IMG/VR virus record: IMGVR_UViG_3300003086_000115
Origin: a virus
Taxonomy: Duplodnaviria; Caudoviricetes
Direction: 5' to 3' (one strand)
DNA length: 64,000 bases
The position numbers and the translations under genes were made by a program. This document shows, in pieces, positions 39,446-49,633 of this stretch (position 1 is its first letter; each line of letters starts with the position of its first letter). Under the pieces are notes generated by a model. The model did no database searches. It saw nothing but the letters and a program-made list of their open reading frames with translations, and had not been told where the DNA came from.

Positions 39446-39745
39446 ATGGGAAGCGCAGTTTCAAGAGTAGGAGATACAATATCGGTTCATGAGTGTGGCG
39501 TTGTACCAACAGCGGCTACAGGCTCTGCTGATGTTCTTACTAACAACATACCCACACACAGACAAGTCGACTCTAATACATCGCATCCAAGTGTCCCTGC
39601 ACCACCTTGCACACCCCACGTAACTACACTAACGACCGGAAGTACTTCTGTGTTTGTTAACAGTAAAGGTATTGCACGTATAGGCGATAACTATGGGTGC
39701 AGTATCGTGCTAACATCGGGTAGTCAATCAGTGTTTTCAGGTTAA
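39446..39745 (+). CDS. PAAR-like baseplate spike tip (gp5.4-like)
   Basis: SRVGD..H, GSTSVFVNSKGIARIGD, GSQSVF. Confidence 0.85.
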   Translation: MGSAVSRVGDTISVHECGVVPTAATGSADVLTNNIPTHRQVDSNTSHPSVPAPPCTPHVTTLTTGSTSVFVNSKGIARIGDNYGCSIVLTSGSQSVFSG

Positions 39746-39808
39746 ATTTAACCTTTCATGCTCTCTAAAAGTTATATACTGAACTATAAATACTACTAGA
39801 GGAGAACA

Positions 39809-40063
39809 ATGGAATTAGCAGTAAATGACCACAAACTCACCATTATGAATGCTATGTCGCATTCTTATCAGGGTTATACGTCTAGCTATAAAAGCTCTAG
39901 AGTATTTCAAGATATCTTTGAGACTGAGCATAACTGTAAGGTCATAAAAAACTACTCTACTACAGGTTATTTTGTAACTGAAGGTGTTAGCACTAAATTC
40001 TGGCAATCCCTCAAATTTAAAGATTCTAATGAGGTTACTATGTTTTTATTAAAGTGGGCATAA
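39809..40063 (+). CDS. FxLKW C-terminal family member 1
   Basis: Ends LKFKDSNEVTMFLLKWA; TATAAATA and SD upstream. Confidence 0.7.
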   Translation: MELAVNDHKLTIMNAMSHSYQGYTSSYKSSRVFQDIFETEHNCKVIKNYSTTGYFVTEGVSTKFWQSLKFKDSNEVTMFLLKWA

Positions 40064-40317
40064 GGGTAGAAACTCGACATTTATTAGGGTATGCAAATGC
40101 CTATGACCATGTGTATAACAAAGTATCAGAAGAAAAAGGATGTAGGATATTACATAATGCTGTAATAATTACTGAACTTGAGAAAATGTGTAAGTGCAGA
40201 GTGACTAAACAGTGTGAAGCTATGTTATTTTTACCCACACAAATGTATCATACGATATCTGAACTAGAATTTCACACAAAAAGAGATCTAACAATGTTTT
40301 TACTGAGGTGGGCATGA
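40054..40317 (+). CDS. FxLKW C-terminal family member 2
   Basis: Ends LEFHTKRDLTMFLLRWA. Confidence 0.7.
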   Translation: MGIRVETRHLLGYANAYDHVYNKVSEEKGCRILHNAVIITELEKMCKCRVTKQCEAMLFLPTQMYHTISELEFHTKRDLTMFLLRWA

Positions 40318-41251
40318 GCAAGGTAGTTACAATAATTACAGATCCAGCAGTAGGAGGAACGTTTTTGACATGGAGCCTTCATTATCTTGCAGGACATACA
40401 ACGTACTTAACAACATCTGGCAAATACGTAGATTTACCAGATAATCCGATGCAAAAACATAATGCAGATGGGGACAATGCGCATGGGTTCGAAACAATTA
40501 ATACAGGTAGCACATATAAAAGAGTTAAAACTGCAATTGAACTTTTAGATAATCCAGAGAGAGAAAGAGAAAGCAAGAATTTATTTAATGTATTGTATGT
40601 GCATTCAGGCAATTATCATTTAGATAAACACACAGAATGGCACAGAGCATTTAACCTAATGCTAGAAAAGAAGTACCCTGTTATACTAGTACGATTGCCA
40701 AAGGCTCAGGTCCTATATCACTCACTCTTACAATTCCGAAGAAGCGAACAGACTCATGATGATATATTAGAATGTTATTTTAGTCACTCAACTGAGCAAC
40801 AGAAGAAATCAATTTTAGCAAACGTATATGATAAGCGGGAATTTATAGCATTAAATTATAAAAATCCATTTGATTTTGATGAATATGCAACACTGTTTAA
40901 CTCATTACCGGATAGAAATGACATTTTACACCTTCTTTCTATAGATGTATGGCAAAATTTAGATAATACTATACATGATATCATGAAGTTTATAGATATT
41001 CCGATAAATTCAAAAAGATATGGCGTATTATGTGGTGTTGGTATTTTGATACTATTATAGAATACATATTAAAAGGCTATAGCATGGACTTAGAACGGTT
41101 CGACCTCGACTTATATCAAGAAGCAGTTATTCAGCATGTGTTGATTTATAAATATGGTTTAAATCTTAAGACTTTTGAATTGTATAAGTTTACTAATACT
41201 AAACAATTACATGATTTGTTAGAACCTACCTCGCATCCTTTTGAGTTATGA
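40314..41251 (+). pseudogene. P-loop/sulfotransferase-like accessory gene split by a frameshift near 41020
   Basis: ITDPAVGGTFLTWSL start; protein-like reading continues in another frame (RIMWCWYFDTII...) to 41251. Confidence 0.45.
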
Positions 41252-41556
41252 AGATACGTAGGAATCCAGACACATTGATAGGTTTTGACAATGCAGTAAG
41301 GCATGCTGTTGAGGTAGCCTGCAATGACCCAACAAAAACAGTTTGCTCAGTGCTTAAAGAGATATGCGGGTGTACAGTAATTAGTACAATAGATGATCCT
41401 GAAAGCCTTAACTCAGGGTATAGCTTAATAGATAAAGAAGCATCTCAGATGCAACACAACTTTAATTTTTATTCAGGTATTTTACTTGGTTATATAACAT
41501 CGGTAGAGTTTGCATCAGAAGAAGACCTAGTGATGTTTACGTTAAAGTGGGCATAA
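41248..41556 (+). CDS. FxLKW C-terminal family member 3
   Basis: Ends VEFASEEDLVMFTLKWA. Confidence 0.7.
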   Translation: MKIRRNPDTLIGFDNAVRHAVEVACNDPTKTVCSVLKEICGCTVISTIDDPESLNSGYSLIDKEASQMQHNFNFYSGILLGYITSVEFASEEDLVMFTLKWA

Positions 41557-41895
41557 ATGCCAGCAATAGTTAAGCACTTAGAAGATATACCAGGCTTTAG
41601 AAATGCTTATGAGAAAGCATACAAAGTAGCTATGAAAGAAGCTGTAAGCTTTGCAGTTGGCACTACCCCATTTGTAGTAACAATATCAATTGAACTTGCT
41701 AGAATCATTGAAGAAACGCACGATGTTGAGTTATTAGTAATTGATGAAGGTTGGCAACCAATAGAAGAACATAAAGACTTTATTCTTAATACGAGCTTTC
41801 AGAGAATACCACAGTACAACGATAACTTTTCTTTTAATGCAGTTAAATTCAAGTCTGAAAAAGACTTAACAATGTTTATATTGAAGTGGGCTTGA
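41557..41895 (+). CDS. FxLKW C-terminal family member 4
   Basis: Ends VKFKSEKDLTMFILKWA. Confidence 0.7.
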   Translation: MPAIVKHLEDIPGFRNAYEKAYKVAMKEAVSFAVGTTPFVVTISIELARIIEETHDVELLVIDEGWQPIEEHKDFILNTSFQRIPQYNDNFSFNAVKFKSEKDLTMFILKWA

Positions 41896-41920
41896 CAAGA
41901 ACAACCTTTTATAGTATAAT
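41892..41920 (+). promoter_or_regulatory. Sigma70 promoter giving a probably leaderless mRNA
   Basis: TTGACA-17-TATAAT, 6 nt before ATG 41927. Confidence 0.8.
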
Positions 41921-41926
41921 GATGGC

Positions 41927-42196
41927 ATGATTACTAAACATCTAAACGAACTAAGTTGTGTTGGAAAGGTATATGACATAGCGGTAAGCAATGCTCGAAA
42001 AAAGATCGAAAAGAACTCTAAAAGTGGAATATACGTATTACATAACAAAGAAATACGCAATGAGTTCCAATCGTTAACAGATGCAGAGTTAATACAAGTA
42101 GGGCCAAAACCTAATAAGTTCTTACCGGAACCGTTTAATAGTGTTCGTTTTAAGTCAGAGTCAGACTTAACTATGTTTTTATTAAAATGGAGTTAA
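41927..42196 (+). CDS. FxLKW C-terminal family member 5
   Basis: Ends VRFKSESDLTMFLLKWS. Confidence 0.7.
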   Translation: MITKHLNELSCVGKVYDIAVSNARKKIEKNSKSGIYVLHNKEIRNEFQSLTDAELIQVGPKPNKFLPEPFNSVRFKSESDLTMFLLKWS

Positions 42197-42197
42197 A

Positions 42198-42479
42198 TTG
42201 CGCAACACAATAACATTAGAATGGAAACAATTAGAATCAGCATGGAATGCTTCGTCTGATAAGCGTCATGCTAACTGGTTAGTAGAGACTAAAGACAATT
42301 CACCGTGTATTCTTCACGAAGACGGTTCTGATGCACTTACTAGGTATGAATATTTTGAAAAAGAATACAATGTTTGTATGGAACCACCACCTATAAACAC
42401 AAACGGTAAGTACACGCTTAGGTTTAATACACCCCAAGATTTAACATGGTTTTTACTAAAGTGGAGTTTTAAACACTAA
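42198..42479 (+). CDS. FxLKW C-terminal family member 6
   Basis: Ends LRFNTPQDLTWFLLKWSFKH. Confidence 0.7.
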   Translation: MRNTITLEWKQLESAWNASSDKRHANWLVETKDNSPCILHEDGSDALTRYEYFEKEYNVCMEPPPINTNGKYTLRFNTPQDLTWFLLKWSFKH

Positions 42480-42509
42480 CCCACTTCTAAATAGCATAAA
42501 TACACAACA

Positions 42510-44264
42510 ATGCTATTTAATTATATAACACTATTCACAGCACTGAGCATTTCTGCAGTTGCTATATTCTATTCAGTATCGGGCTTGGCGGCTATATTTG
42601 CCGCGAGTGTTGTACCTATTATTATAATGGGGTCAGTGTTAGAAGTAGGGAAGTTAGTAGTAGCAGTGTGGCTACATAGAAATTGGCAGAAAGCAGTCTG
42701 GTGGCTTAAAACTTATCTAACTATTGCTGTGATAATCTTAATGTTTATAACGTCATTGGGAATCTTTGGTTTCCTTAGTAAATCGCATATTGAGCAGACA
42801 TCAGCATCGGACGAGCAGATAGCAAAGATAGAAGTTGTAGACGAAAGCATACTACGTCTTAAGACTAAAATTGCTAATTGGGATAACGAAATACTACGGT
42901 TCTCTACAGGAAATGCTGATACACGTGTTGATAACTTAGTAGCACGAGAAGAAGCATCGTTAGATAAGATTAACAATAACATTAATAAAGAGAAAGATCG
43001 TTATAGAGAGCAAGCAAACACTGATATTGTTTTAATAAACAGCAACATACAACAAGCACAGGATTCGTTAGATAAAGAACTCACATTATTAAATGCACAG
43101 TTAAAGAATTGTTTCTCTTGTAATGACGAAAGACAGCAAATAGCAGATGCTAAGTTTAGTTTTAATGCCAAGGAGACACGATACAATAACGAAATTACTG
43201 TTATTAGAACACAGTTAAAGGAAGATTTAATATCAGTTGATACTAAGCACCAGCCCCAGGTTAATACTATTAATACAAGGATTAATGAGTTAAAGAATCA
43301 AAGCACTATTAAGACTGAAGACATTGACAACAAGATACTACAGTTAGAACAAAAAATCGTAGACTCGCAAGTTGTACTAACAAGTCGAGTAGAAGATAGA
43401 ACAGTTCTTGAGAGTAGATTTAGAAAATTAGAAGCAGACGTAGGACCTGTAAAGTACATAGCTGAGTTCATATATGGCGAAGCTAATAGAAGTATTTTAG
43501 AAGATGCAGTACGGTTGGTTATTGTGGTAATTATTTTTGTATTCGATCCGTTAGCAGTACTGTTGCTAATAGCGAGTCAATACTCATTTGAACAGAGTAG
43601 GAAGAAACCAGTGAGAACTATAGAACAAGCAGAACAATTAGAAGATGATTACGTTAATATGGTCGGCAAGTCCTTCCTTGGTAACTGGCACCCGTCAGAT
43701 GGCATTGTAGATCATATTAATAAATCGGAATCTAAGGTCGAACCCATAACCCCTAAAAAAGGTGTTAAGAAAGTAGCAAAAAAAATTAAACCAACTGTCA
43801 TTAAGGTAGAAAAGATAGCCAAAATAACAGATGTTAATGTTGCGGTGATCACTGCACTAATTTTAGAAAAAGACCCAAGAGCATATATTAGTTACAAAGG
43901 TAAGAGCCATAGAAAGAGTGCATTACAAATAGCACATCCAGAACTCATTACAGATGTTAAGAGCACTGTAGAGTTTGGAATAGAATTCCCAGAGAATATG
44001 TCTAATGCTAAGTTGTTTATTAGGACTGATTATTTGCCGACAAAACTTTATAGATTTAATAGTGAAAGTTGGATACAATTAGATAAAAATGTATTACCAG
44101 AGAGTGCATATAGTAGAGACTATACTAAGCACTTAATAAAAAAGCTTAACGATCACAATTATGATCCTTTGTTGCTTGAAGCAATACTAGACGAGGGGAT
44201 AGGCGCTGATTCTAAAACATTGCTCAATGATACTGAATTAAAAAATATAAACGATTATAAATAA
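42510..44264 (+). CDS. Membrane protein with long coiled coil
   Basis: Three N-terminal TM segments, coiled coil, VGPVKYIA...IFVFDPLAVLLL TM. Confidence 0.65.
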   Translation: MLFNYITLFTALSISAVAIFYSVSGLAAIFAASVVPIIIMGSVLEVGKLVVAVWLHRNWQKAVWWLKTYLTIAVIILMFITSLGIFGFLSKSHIEQTSASDEQIAKIEVVDESILRLKTKIANWDNEILRFSTGNADTRVDNLVAREEASLDKINNNINKEKDRYREQANTDIVLINSNIQQAQDSLDKELTLLNAQLKNCFSCNDERQQIADAKFSFNAKETRYNNEITVIRTQLKEDLISVDTKHQPQVNTINTRINELKNQSTIKTEDIDNKILQLEQKIVDSQVVLTSRVEDRTVLESRFRKLEADVGPVKYIAEFIYGEANRSILEDAVRLVIVVIIFVFDPLAVLLLIASQYSFEQSRKKPVRTIEQAEQLEDDYVNMVGKSFLGNWHPSDGIVDHINKSESKVEPITPKKGVKKVAKKIKPTVIKVEKIAKITDVNVAVITALILEKDPRAYISYKGKSHRKSALQIAHPELITDVKSTVEFGIEFPENMSNAKLFIRTDYLPTKLYRFNSESWIQLDKNVLPESAYSRDYTKHLIKKLNDHNYDPLLLEAILDEGIGADSKTLLNDTELKNINDYK

Positions 44265-44265
44265 C

Positions 44266-44406
44266 CGTCTACAAACGTTTGATTTAGCTGAATATGTAGA
44301 AGTACAGAACGCAGTTGTGCAAAATGGCATACTTACTATCTCATTAGAACGTATTGTGATAGAAACCTTAAACCCCAAGCATATTGAAGTAACTTACGCG
44401 AACTAG
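44266..44406 (+). pseudogene. 5'-truncated small heat-shock protein (Hsp20/IbpA) relic
   Basis: TFDLAEYVEVQNAVVQNGILTISLERIVIETLNPKHIEV matches the alpha-crystallin C-terminal half; no start codon; TATAAATA at 44256-44263. Confidence 0.8.
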
Positions 44407-44500
44407 CACTTAAAAACGGCGAGATTAGCATTGACTTTTCTCGACGTTACAGTTATAGTAATGTATAAATAATGATAATAACTTCACGAGAGGAGATAGC

Positions 44501-44815
44501 GTGTCAAACACTGAGATAATTACTAAACCGACAACCGAATTAAACACAAAGATAAAAGAACCATCGATGTATAAAGTCATCTATATTAATGATGAACAAA
44601 CTAGTATGCAGTTTGTTATGGACAGCTTAATGGATTATTTTTCATATACTGAATTAGCGGCGGAAAAAATCACAGAAGATATCCATGTTGATGGGTCTGC
44701 TGTAGTAGCAGTGCTACCATACGAAATTGCTGAGCAAAAAGGCATTGAGGTAACTGTAGACGCTAGAAGCAGTGGTTACCCATTGCAAGTTAAATTAGAG
44801 GAAGATCCTGCTTAA
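44501..44815 (+). CDS. clpS: ATP-dependent Clp protease adaptor ClpS
   Basis: PSMYKVIYINDEQTSMQFV...IHVDGSAVV...EIAEQK...YPL. Confidence 0.9.
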   Translation: MSNTEIITKPTTELNTKIKEPSMYKVIYINDEQTSMQFVMDSLMDYFSYTELAAEKITEDIHVDGSAVVAVLPYEIAEQKGIEVTVDARSSGYPLQVKLEEDPA

Positions 44816-45168
44816 TGTATATTGTATTTGGTGAAGAAGCACAGTCTCTAAAGAATAAATATTTAGTCTTAGAGTTAGATACATTTCAAGTTAACGATGA
44901 TCTAGTACCTACGTACTGTGTAGTTGACTCTGAACATATACCGTTGACTGAATTCTTAACGTTAGAAAACCATAAAGACTTGCATAAGAACTTGATTAAG
45001 AACTACAAGTTAAAAAACTGGAAGTACTGTGAAGATGCGATTACGCATTTAACTGGTAAGTTCAGCGGTGAATTAGATAGTTTCTATGATATATTATCGA
45101 CTAGGATTGTAGAATTAAAAGAATCTGAGTTAGATGATACATGGAACGGTGTTGTTCAAAGTAAGTGA
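44815..45168 (+). CDS. Hypothetical phage protein
   Basis: Coupled to clpS; ends WNGVV. Confidence 0.55.
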   Translation: MYIVFGEEAQSLKNKYLVLELDTFQVNDDLVPTYCVVDSEHIPLTEFLTLENHKDLHKNLIKNYKLKNWKYCEDAITHLTGKFSGELDSFYDILSTRIVELKESELDDTWNGVVQSK

Positions 45169-45313
45169 CTATACTTTTTAATAATTTTTCTGCTTAATAA
45201 AGCATCACATATCGGTTCTTGACCCGCCATCAAAATTCCTAAAGATTACATTTTTTCATTAACATGTTAATAGTAGCGTAAATAGTCGTAAAGATGACTA
45301 GGAGCGTACATAA

Positions 45314-46522
45314 ATGCATATAGGTATGATAGGGTTAGGCAAATTAGGCATGGACGCGGCGGAAGTGTTTGCGGAAAAGTATACTGTGCATGGGTTTGAT
45401 ATTTACCCAAGGGAATCCAACACAGTAAATGTTTGTAGCACTGTAGAAGAGTGCATTAATAACAGTGATTGGATTTTTATTGCAGTTGAAACGCCGCATA
45501 GCAAAGAATATGATGGTAGTGTTCCTAGTGCGCATTTGAAGCCTAAGGATTTTAACTACGATGTAGTTAAGTCGGTACTAAGTGAGATCAACACACATGC
45601 AGATGCTACTAAAAATATTGTACTAATTAGCACAGTATTACCGGGAACAACACGTAGAGAGTTCGATCACTTATTAGATAATCATACACTAATTTACAAC
45701 CCGTATTTGATTGCAATGGGCACTGTTAAATGGGATATGATTAATCCTGAAATGCTTATTATTGGTAGTAAGAACGCAGATGACCCGCGTGTTCCAGAGC
45801 TTATTAGCATGTATGAAGAAGTAATGGAGAACAACCCACGTTATGAAACAGGCACATGGGAAGAAGCAGAAGCTATTAAGATATTCTATAATACTTACAT
45901 ATCAGCTAAAGTAGGCATTGTTAACATGATACAAGATTTTGCTATGAAAATCGGCAATATGAATGTTGATGTTGTAACAGATGCATTAGCAAATAGTACT
46001 ATGCGACTACAGAGTCCTAAGTATATGACAGCAGGTATGGGTGATGCAGGTGCTTGTCACCCTAGAGATAATATTGCATTGCGTTGGTTAGCAGAAGAAT
46101 ACGAAATCGGATACGATATGTTCAGCACCATAATGGGAGCTAGAGAAGTACAAGCAAAAAACTTAGCAGACTTCTTAGTTGTAGAAGCAAACAAGCATCA
46201 ATTGCCAGTAGTGATACATGGCAAAGCATACAAACCAGATATTCCGTATACAATTGGCAGTTATAGCACGTTAGTTGGGCATTATATTGAAGAACAAAAT
46301 GTAAGAGTAATGTATGCAGACCCGTTAACTGGCGATCATTTAGGACCAACCGTTGCGGTCGTATTACTAGCACATAATAGAACTGTTACATATGGCAAAA
46401 CAGAGAAGGCGTACTATTTTAAGTTCCTTCCGGGCAGTGTTATTGTTGATCCGTGGAGAACAACAGATATAGATAATGATCAATATACAGTAATACATTA
46501 CGGGAACACTAGACAAAAATGA
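45314..46522 (+). CDS. UDP-glucose/GDP-mannose dehydrogenase family
   Basis: GLGKLG Rossmann, IAVETP, ISTVLPGT, EAIKIFYN, GACHPRD, GKAYKP. Confidence 0.88.
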   Translation: MHIGMIGLGKLGMDAAEVFAEKYTVHGFDIYPRESNTVNVCSTVEECINNSDWIFIAVETPHSKEYDGSVPSAHLKPKDFNYDVVKSVLSEINTHADATKNIVLISTVLPGTTRREFDHLLDNHTLIYNPYLIAMGTVKWDMINPEMLIIGSKNADDPRVPELISMYEEVMENNPRYETGTWEEAEAIKIFYNTYISAKVGIVNMIQDFAMKIGNMNVDVVTDALANSTMRLQSPKYMTAGMGDAGACHPRDNIALRWLAEEYEIGYDMFSTIMGAREVQAKNLADFLVVEANKHQLPVVIHGKAYKPDIPYTIGSYSTLVGHYIEEQNVRVMYADPLTGDHLGPTVAVVLLAHNRTVTYGKTEKAYYFKFLPGSVIVDPWRTTDIDNDQYTVIHYGNTRQK

Positions 46523-47535
46523 AAATACACAGTAATAATGAATGGGGAAAGTTGCGCAGTATAGTTGTAGGTACTGCTCTTAATGCAAACTTTCCAGCAC
46601 ATGATTATCTATATTTTAAGTCTATGGAAGGTGGAGCATGGAAAGATACATTACCTCCAGTAGGTCCTCCACCTGAACAGGTCATAGAGGAATCAGAAGA
46701 AGATTTAGATTTATTAATACATACCTTAGATAGGTTTGCTGTTACGGTATACAGACCTGATACTATAGATTTTACCAAAAAAGTATCAACTTCTGATTGG
46801 GAAACTGATAGCCAATATGGATATTGTCCTAGAGATACCCATTTAGTAGTCGGTGATACAGTTATCGAAGCACCAATGACTACGCGAGCTAGACAACACG
46901 AAGCAATACTTTTAGATAAAGTTAGACGACAAGCAATTGCAGACGGTGCAAAATGGATTAGTGCACCGAGACCTCGCTTATTAGATGAAGAAAATGTAAT
47001 AGATGATAAATTCCAACTGAATAACCTAGAACCAGCGTTTGATGCCGCTAATGTATGTAGACTAGGCAAAGATTTACTGTATCTAGTTAGTTGCAGTGGT
47101 AATAAAATAGGCGCACAGTGGCTACAAAACGTATTAGGCAGTGAGTACAAGGTACATATTTGTGATATGTATAACAGTAGTCACATTGATAGTACTATTG
47201 TGCCAATAGCAGAAGGAACAGTAGTTTTAAACGGTACTAGGGTTAATCCAGATAACATACCGGACGTATTTAAAGACTGGGATCAAATATACATGCAAGA
47301 TAGCGACATCTACCCTAGGGCATTCCATGAATACCCGTATGCTAGTAAATGGATTGGCATTAACATGTTATCGATAAATCAGAATACAGTTATAGTAGAT
47401 GAAATGCAAGACGCATTAATAACTACATTAGAAAAGAAGAACTTCACTGTAGTGCCATTGCCGTTAAGGCACAGCAGAACACTAGGTGGTGGGTTTCATT
47501 GTGCTACCTTAGATTTATGGAGGGAAGATGCGTAA
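46519..47535 (+). CDS. Amidinotransferase (glycine/inosamine-phosphate type)
   Basis: SNNEWGKLR, CPRD, FDAAN, HIDST, LGGGFHC catalytic Cys. Confidence 0.88.
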   Translation: MKIHSNNEWGKLRSIVVGTALNANFPAHDYLYFKSMEGGAWKDTLPPVGPPPEQVIEESEEDLDLLIHTLDRFAVTVYRPDTIDFTKKVSTSDWETDSQYGYCPRDTHLVVGDTVIEAPMTTRARQHEAILLDKVRRQAIADGAKWISAPRPRLLDEENVIDDKFQLNNLEPAFDAANVCRLGKDLLYLVSCSGNKIGAQWLQNVLGSEYKVHICDMYNSSHIDSTIVPIAEGTVVLNGTRVNPDNIPDVFKDWDQIYMQDSDIYPRAFHEYPYASKWIGINMLSINQNTVIVDEMQDALITTLEKKNFTVVPLPLRHSRTLGGGFHCATLDLWREDA

Positions 47536-48380
47536 TGTTATTGCTCGATTTTGATCATCACTTTTTTAAACACTTTTTGTATGCTGATCATCAGAGAGAA
47601 ACAATACACGAAGATATACAAGGTCGACAGAATTTACTAGTTACCATCGGCGATAGTTGGACTTGGGGAGATAGCTTATGCGGCATTGTTGTAGAAGATG
47701 GTATATATGATAATCCGGAGCGCACTAACTTGGTGTATGGCGCCCATATGAGAGATAATCTAGGCAATTACGATTGGATTAATATCGGATATCCAGGAAC
47801 AGCAAATCTTTGGATTGTTGATGTTGCGGCAAGATTTATTGAGCTAAAGAAAAAGTTGGATTATGCACATATACTAGTAGTATGCACGTTAACTGACATA
47901 ACAAGAGATGTTAATACACTCAACGAACTTGACAAACAAGAAAACAATAGCACACTATTAGATCTGGCAGAAAGAACAGAAAGACATAGGTTTAACACAC
48001 TAAGTAAATTAGATCATGTAGACGGTTTAGACCTAATAGTTGCTAGAAATTTCACACATACCTTTCCGAAGAATCAAAGATTAGTAAAACATCATGTAGA
48101 CTCTGAATGGATTGAGCTTAATCGCAAGGAATGGAACAGCGAATGGGAAGAATTTCCGTTTTTTGCAGGGTATGAATGGTTACCGAGACAGCCAAACTTA
48201 TTAGCTGATCAAAAGCGTTGGTGTGTAGAAGAAGGTTTTCCTGCATCGCAAGCTATTGTAGATTTTTTAGATGCGTGCCCATTGCATTATAAGAAAGCAA
48301 CTAAACATCCGACCGAAGAAAGCCATTATTTGTGGGCGAATTACTTAACAAAATATTTTAAGCAAATGGAGAGAAGATGA
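47535..48380 (+). CDS. SGNH/GDSL-like protein
   Basis: IGDSWTWGD, NIGYPGTAN, TKHPTEESH. Confidence 0.65.
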   Translation: MLLLDFDHHFFKHFLYADHQRETIHEDIQGRQNLLVTIGDSWTWGDSLCGIVVEDGIYDNPERTNLVYGAHMRDNLGNYDWINIGYPGTANLWIVDVAARFIELKKKLDYAHILVVCTLTDITRDVNTLNELDKQENNSTLLDLAERTERHRFNTLSKLDHVDGLDLIVARNFTHTFPKNQRLVKHHVDSEWIELNRKEWNSEWEEFPFFAGYEWLPRQPNLLADQKRWCVEEGFPASQAIVDFLDACPLHYKKATKHPTEESHYLWANYLTKYFKQMERR

Positions 48381-49633
48381 TTGACACTAACAGCTTAATT
48401 GATGCTAATGCTATTGAAATATTAGTCAAAGATAAGGTTGCTGAAATAATTGTTGCAGAAGTTGATCATATTTTAACGAATTCAAACACCCTGCATACAG
48501 CAATTAGACGTGATGCATCTACAGAGCTAGTTAAACAGCTAGTACCTATGTACGATGATATCGACATAGAATCAATGGTTTCTGACTATATAAGCAACAA
48601 CATCAGAATTGATGATAGTGTTATAGCAACAGCAATACGTGAACAAATTACAGCACCGACGAGTAAGTTATTAGAAACTGAGTCAGTTTCTAAACTTATT
48701 GAGCAACAGGTAGTGAACCTATTTGTTAAACGCCTAGCAGTACAGTTGAATAGTATTAACATTGAAAAAATGGTTGCTGATAAAGTAGATAACTTATTTA
48801 ATGACCACGTTAAAAACACAGAATACACAGGGTTAGTTGATAAAGCCAAAAAAACAGAATTAACTATCTTAGATGACACTGTTGTAGTAGAAAACGAGTT
48901 CGTTGCAAGAACTATTAAGTCTATGGGCAACGTAGATGCTAATGGCACGTTAACAGTTAAGAAGAATTTTATATTACATGGAGATATTAACGTAGATGCT
49001 AGAGGTTGGGTTAAGTTGTCAAGTAATATAGAACGTAACGTGCTAAAGAACTTTAAAGAACAAATAACAGAAGAACTAAAAAAGTCTGTGTTAGAACATG
49101 CTAAGACAGAAGTCATTGATTTTTCGTCAGTAACTATCAATGGTAAAGAATTAATAGAGGATAATGCGTTAAATAAGTCAATCGTTAAGTCAAACTTGAA
49201 GAAAGTAGGGCAGTTAGATAATTTAAATGTCAAAGGTGAAGCTGAAATACACGATACGCTATTTGTAGGTAACAAACGTATAGGTATTAATACCACACAG
49301 CCTAGTATGGCACTCGCAGTATGGGACGAAGAAGTAGAATTAATAGCAGGGAAATCTAAAAATCAAACAGCATTTATAGGAACGAACCGTAAGCAAGCGT
49401 TAGAGATAGGTATTAATAGGAAAGCAGAGATTACAGTACAAGATGATGGACTTGTTGTTATTAACCGTTTAAGACTTGGCAAGAACATGCTTAGTTATGA
49501 TACTAGCTTACCAGGATACTTAGGTGGCAAAGGCGATATGGTGTTTAATGTTAATATAAGCCCTGGGAATCCGATATTTGCTTGGGTTTGTATAGGCGGA
49601 CATAAGTGGATGCCATTAAAGGCAATAGTATGA
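48377..49633 (+). CDS. Probable virion (tail-associated) protein
   Basis: Helical N-terminus, SNLKKVGQLDNLNV, RIGINTTQP motif typical of tail fibres. Confidence 0.5.
   Translation: MIDTNSLIDANAIEILVKDKVAEIIVAEVDHILTNSNTLHTAIRRDASTELVKQLVPMYDDIDIESMVSDYISNNIRIDDSVIATAIREQITAPTSKLLETESVSKLIEQQVVNLFVKRLAVQLNSINIEKMVADKVDNLFNDHVKNTEYTGLVDKAKKTELTILDDTVVVENEFVARTIKSMGNVDANGTLTVKKNFILHGDINVDARGWVKLSSNIERNVLKNFKEQITEELKKSVLEHAKTEVIDFSSVTINGKELIEDNALNKSIVKSNLKKVGQLDNLNVKGEAEIHDTLFVGNKRIGINTTQPSMALAVWDEEVELIAGKSKNQTAFIGTNRKQALEIGINRKAEITVQDDGLVVINRLRLGKNMLSYDTSLPGYLGGKGDMVFNVNISPGNPIFAWVCIGGHKWMPLKAIV

Noticed and set aside
45165-45275. Possible minus-strand gene relic (…GQEPICDALLSRKIIKKYSHLL*)
   Set aside because: Too short and lacking a motif I can assign with confidence
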